A stretch of DNA of 64,000 nt from Eledone cirrhosa (taxonomy: Eukaryota), in the NCBI GenBank assembly GCA_964016885.1, contig OZ024743.1, positions 335,730,001 through 335,794,000 of the forward strand, in the 5' to 3' direction. Below are positions 63,551-64,000 of this stretch, in pieces. Below the pieces are notes generated by a model. The model saw only the letters and a program-made list of their open reading frames with translations. It made no database searches and was not told the origin of the DNA. Both the position numbers and the translations under genes were made by a program. How positions within the stretch are numbered: the stretch's first letter is position 1; each line of letters starts with the position of its first letter.

Positions 63551-64000
63551 TCAAAGTCCCAGCAATGTCACATATTGTGTAACGCTGATTCGGTTAGGAA
63601 TTATCTTAAGGCTGCACGTGTCTTTGGAATATTCAACTACATAGATTACTACACAAGTTCAACGTTCAACTGAAAAACTGAATGCTCATCGTAATCATGA
63701 TCCTGTCATGTGGCCTCCCTTTCTTAAAACCATAGAATTTGATTTGAGGGGTATTTAGTTGCTATTTCTATTTGGTAGAACAAACACACAAAGACTTCCT
63801 CGATAGCTCGAATATATAGAAGTCTGACTTGTGTAATCAGAAAAATTACTGATGACTTGATATATTATTTGATGCTTTGTAATGGCTTGCAAATCGTTCA
63901 GAATTAGTTTGAAAACTACCAATTACTTCTGATAAAAGAACCACTATGGCAGTCACAACAATAACAGAAAATGCTGTGGTATCCGTAAAGATATAAAGAA

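Noticed and set aside
62002-63673. ORFs 62002-62379, 62583-62786 and 63437-63673 as genes
   Set aside because: They run through SINE, low-complexity or frameshifted retrotransposon sequence. Only the QRESFAILR part of 62583 is meaningful, as LINE remnant.

Overview
This looks like eukaryotic DNA, not a prokaryotic locus. Positions 1 to ~61,068 are a single tandem satellite array of roughly 780 copies of a 78-bp monomer, and the array runs off the left edge. The consensus is ATGATTGCTATTGTTGTTATTGCTGGTGGTGTCAGTGATGGTGGGGATGGTAGCTATGGTGATGTAGCTGGTAGTAAC. The monomer is 26 mostly RNY/RNT triplets, so one frame is stop-free on both strands: + gives MIAIVVIAGGVSDGGDGSYGDVAGSN and - gives VTTSYITIATIPTITDTTSNNNNSNH. 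This explains every giant ORF in the track, and I cannot support any of them as a real gene. The array is internally structured: two linked monomer types, regional variant domains, nested duplications (1.3, 1.6, 2.0, 3.6 and ~8 kb), an indel-free left ~19 kb and recurring frameshift cassettes. The last ~2.9 kb is unique flank holding decayed tRNA-derived SINE pieces and a 3' fragment of a restriction-like-endonuclease (CRE-type) non-LTR retrotransposon. From memory the SINEs resemble octopus/cephalopod families; this is unverified. I found no CRISPR array, rRNA, functional tRNA or conventional gene, and no clearly demonstrable new biological system. The best open questions are whether the array is or was coding on the - strand, and the SINE-head/CRE-tail chimera.
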